Shown here: piece by piece, positions 60,741 through 64,000 of the stretch
Position numbering within the stretch: the first letter of the stretch is position 1
How the letters are laid out: each line of letters starts with the position of its first letter
Assembly: GCA_904063045.1 (NCBI GenBank)
Contig: CAJFCJ010000001.1
Location: forward strand, 1-64,000
Length of the DNA stretch: 64,000 bases
Source: Dimorphilus gyrociliatus
Taxonomy: Eukaryota; Animalia; Annelida
Reading direction: 5' to 3'
Notes under the pieces: model-generated
What the model was told of the DNA's origin: nothing
Seen by the model: the letters and a program-made list of their open reading frames with translations, nothing else
Databases searched by the model: none
Translations under genes and position numbers: made by a program

Positions 60741-63716
60741 GTGTATAAGCTATACTTCAAATACGAAAAACTCTTAATAGGTCTAGTTTGAATATTTAAT
60801 AGAAATAGACTCTTCAATGACCTTTATTTTCTCTTTTTTTCACCTAATTAGCAATATATCTTCTTTCGTTAAAAATTAACGAAAGATTCTATTTCAGTTG
60901 ATAATCATCCTATTTTTTGACCTATTCTGACAAATTCTTTTTAGCTACATCTTCTAATAGCCTTCCCTTTTTGAAGTTAAAGAGAACCTTATTCATTTTG
61001 AACAAAAAGTAAAGGATAAACTAAAGATTTTTTCTCTTTTTAGTCTATTGTGTATCAAACTCTAACTTTAAGATTTGATCGATTTTCAATTTGTAATTGA
61101 ATATTAATCTTTTTTAACGTGCAAAGTACATTTTGACCGGAAGGAAGATTTTACAATTCTTAAAATTAGTGTAATTTTCTCTCCAAGTATAAATTACATT
61201 ATCAGAATAGAAGAACAAACATTTTCTGGTGTTTGAAATTTGACAGCTGTGCTCTAGTACATAATTATATTTAGAATATTATAAATTTGATGGAAAATCT
61301 TTATAACAGAATCTTAGGTTGAGAACACGTCCTTCCATTGAATATACTATGAATCGGCTATCAATACGTACTGAATTTTTCGAATGAATTTTTTTATAGA
61401 CCATTCCTTCTAGCAGAAATTTCTTTTTACTATTCTTGGAATAGCAGCTTACAAAGATTTAGTTATTTTCACAATAAAATAATTGATAGACTCATGATTC
61501 ATTGATTGAACATGTGTATATATAATTTAAGTAAAATCTTTATAATTTGTTGATGAATCTGAAGGACACGAGAAATCAATACTTTTACCTCATTCGAAAT
61601 ATAACCTTTCGTCTTTTGGCTTTTTTATTCTTTACAAGGTTTTAATGGTCTATAGGCTGAATTATAAAATTTCAGACATGGATAGGCTATTTAGAGAATA
61701 CTGAAAGAATAGTTACGCCTAAATAACAGAGTATTATTTAAAGTTGTGCTTTTTTAAATATAATATTAATTTTCATTCCTTTCTTTCTATTTTAATAGGT
61801 TTTTTTCGTCGTTCGATAACGAGAGATGCAAAATATCTTTGCAAGAATGGAGGCGATTGTGAGATGGACATGTGGATGAGGAGAAAATGTCAGGCATGTC
61901 GTCTACGTAAATGTAAGGCAGTTGGTATGAAGGAGGAATGCTTACTTTCTGAAGAACAGTGTAGAGCTAGGGATGCCAGGCGAAAAAAGAAAAAACAACC
62001 AGACGAACAACAACCTAGTCCGGATTCTAATTCGGAGCGACGTTCGTGCGGTCCAACAACGTCTTCTCCACAAGAAACTGTTTGTTCAAACCCAATGGAA
62101 AAACTGCCAATAGATGTAGGAAAATTGGTTGAAACTGTGGTCGGCTATCAGGACAAATTCGAATTGCCAACTGACGAGGATGTAGAGAAAATATCAGTAA
62201 GTGTTTACAGTTTTAAAACGGCTGTCTAGCTTTTCGATAAAAGTCTAACTAAATCTCGGACAAAAGCCTCTTTTTAAAAATGAGGTTATTTAATACATTA
62301 AATATAGAACAATCGTATGGTTAAAATAAAAAAAATACCAATGCCAAAAATCCCCATTAAATTCGTAAAGTAATAACTGGTATTTGCTAATCTATCCATG
62401 CAGTGTCGAATACAAATAGAGAGACGCTTGTTAACGTTTTATCCTTTGTTTTGTAGAGAAAGAGAGAGAGTTATCAACAGCTTTCTTTATCATTTAAATT
62501 TAATCCTTTTACCTTCCCTAATAAGAATACAATTAACCTAGAAAACGGTAGTTTTGCTAGTAGTGAACATATCGTTGAAAAAGTAAAAGTATTGAGTTCC
62601 TTCCCTCTTACTATATATATATATATACTTTATATATATATATATTATATACTGTATAGATCGCTAATTACAACTTATTATAGAGTAAAACAAAGAAACG
62701 TTTTCCTAGAAAATCCGTATAAAAGACAATCTCTCAATCTCTGGATGATTACTATTATTTTATATCATATTTGTTTTTTTAAAAAAAAATTATTAATCAG
62801 CTATATGAAATTTTTATATCCGATTTCTAGTGATTACTAGCGTAACTAATAGTTACGTAAATTTTTATGCGCATTTCAAAAATATACATTTGACTTTTAT
62901 CCCAAAGGAGAAATTATGAGTAAGCAAGTAGTACATATTTATAGCTTGTAGGTCAAATTCATTCATGTCATACTTCTTTATAATGATTTTAATAGACTTT
63001 TGATTTTATTCTATTTGTGTAGATTGCTAGCGCCATCTATAATGTACTTTTATAACTATTCTTAGAGAGTGAGAGTTAGCGGTGAAGGAAAACCCAAGGA
63101 CATGTCTGAAATGCTTTTTAAGAATATGGCTGAAATGACTATTCTTACCACACATCTTATCGTTGATTTTGCTAAACATCTGCCTGGATTTTTAACTTTG
63201 GATCGAGAAGATCAAATCACTCTTTTAAAAGGTTCAGCCTGCGAAGTTATGATGATAAGAACTGCCAGAAGGTACGATCTGGAAACGAATACAGTGGTAT
63301 TTGCCGATGGAGCAGCTCACACCGAACAAAGTATGAGTTTAGCAGGTCTTAACGAATTTGTGGCTAGCATGTTTGAGTTTTGTCGCGGTTTGGGTAAATT
63401 ACGGGTAGACAATGCTGAATATGCCCTATTAACGGCAATCAGTATTTTTTCAGGTATGTTAATATAAAAACTATATAACATTAATTATTATATCAAATAA
63501 GTATACAAACTTTTATATATAGATCGGCCTGGTTTAAAATATTCGACGGCCGTTATGGAGTTACAAGAACGTTACGCTATCGCCTTACAAGAATATGATA
63601 AACTGAGACGTCCAAAGAAATCCAATTATTTCGCTAAATTAATATTGCAATTATGCAGACTCAGGGAATTATCAGCTGAACATTCTCAAGTTCTTTTCTC
63701 TTTAAAAGTTGAAAAG
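60100..63716 (+). CDS. EcR: Ecdysone receptor-like nuclear receptor (NR1H), partial: final exon lies beyond the window
   Basis: Exons 60100(or acceptor 60146)-60409, 60477-60515, 61799-62196, 63066-63453, 63523-63716. [32 protein letters not shown]...[100 protein letters not shown]. Helix 12 was not found before 64000; the N-terminus is uncertain. Confidence 0.9.
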
Positions 63717-64000
63717 GTTAGTAAACAATTATATATTAATATTAATTACCATTTATAAAAGAGAAACTATTAAAACACTGCAAAACTAGTTGAATATTAG
63801 TTTGATATACGAAAGACAAATTGAATAGTTTACTATTTTCACTTGTAAAGGCTTAAAAATAATTAGTTTAGATAATATGATAAGTATCCTTTGAGTTTCT
63901 AGATTCCTACATATTAATTTATTACTTATAGATAAAAATAGGTTAAATATATAGTATATACATACTGTACATGTATATTAAAAAGTGTTACTTTTCAGAA

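Overview
AT-rich, microsatellite-dense animal genomic DNA with GT-AG introns; no prokaryotic features, CRISPR array, rRNA or tRNA were seen. I assembled six protein-coding genes by hand with phase-consistent splice sites. (1) TFAP2/AP-2 transcription factor on the minus strand (~4.2-35.6 kb), with very long introns and three candidate alternative first exons, each preceded by CCAAT boxes. (2) A divergent ADAM10/kuzbanian-like metalloprotease (minus). (3) A DUF229-family type II membrane protein (plus), head-to-head with the ADAM gene. (4) An unusual ~1321-aa predicted type I transmembrane collagen: signal peptide, 2 MAM domains, (Pro-Val)63, 172 uninterrupted Gly-X-Y triplets, EGF modules, TM helix and tail. 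(5) A 2-exon Ly6/three-finger (quiver-like) GPI-type protein (minus). (6) An EcR/NR1H nuclear receptor that runs off the right end. The EcR-like sequence and the mostly 55-160 nt introns suggest a lophotrochozoan, possibly a compact-genome annelid (inference, not verified). The strongest novelty candidates are the membrane-anchored MAM-(PV)n-collagen-EGF protein and the multi-promoter, possibly autoregulated and CTCF-bracketed TFAP2 locus.
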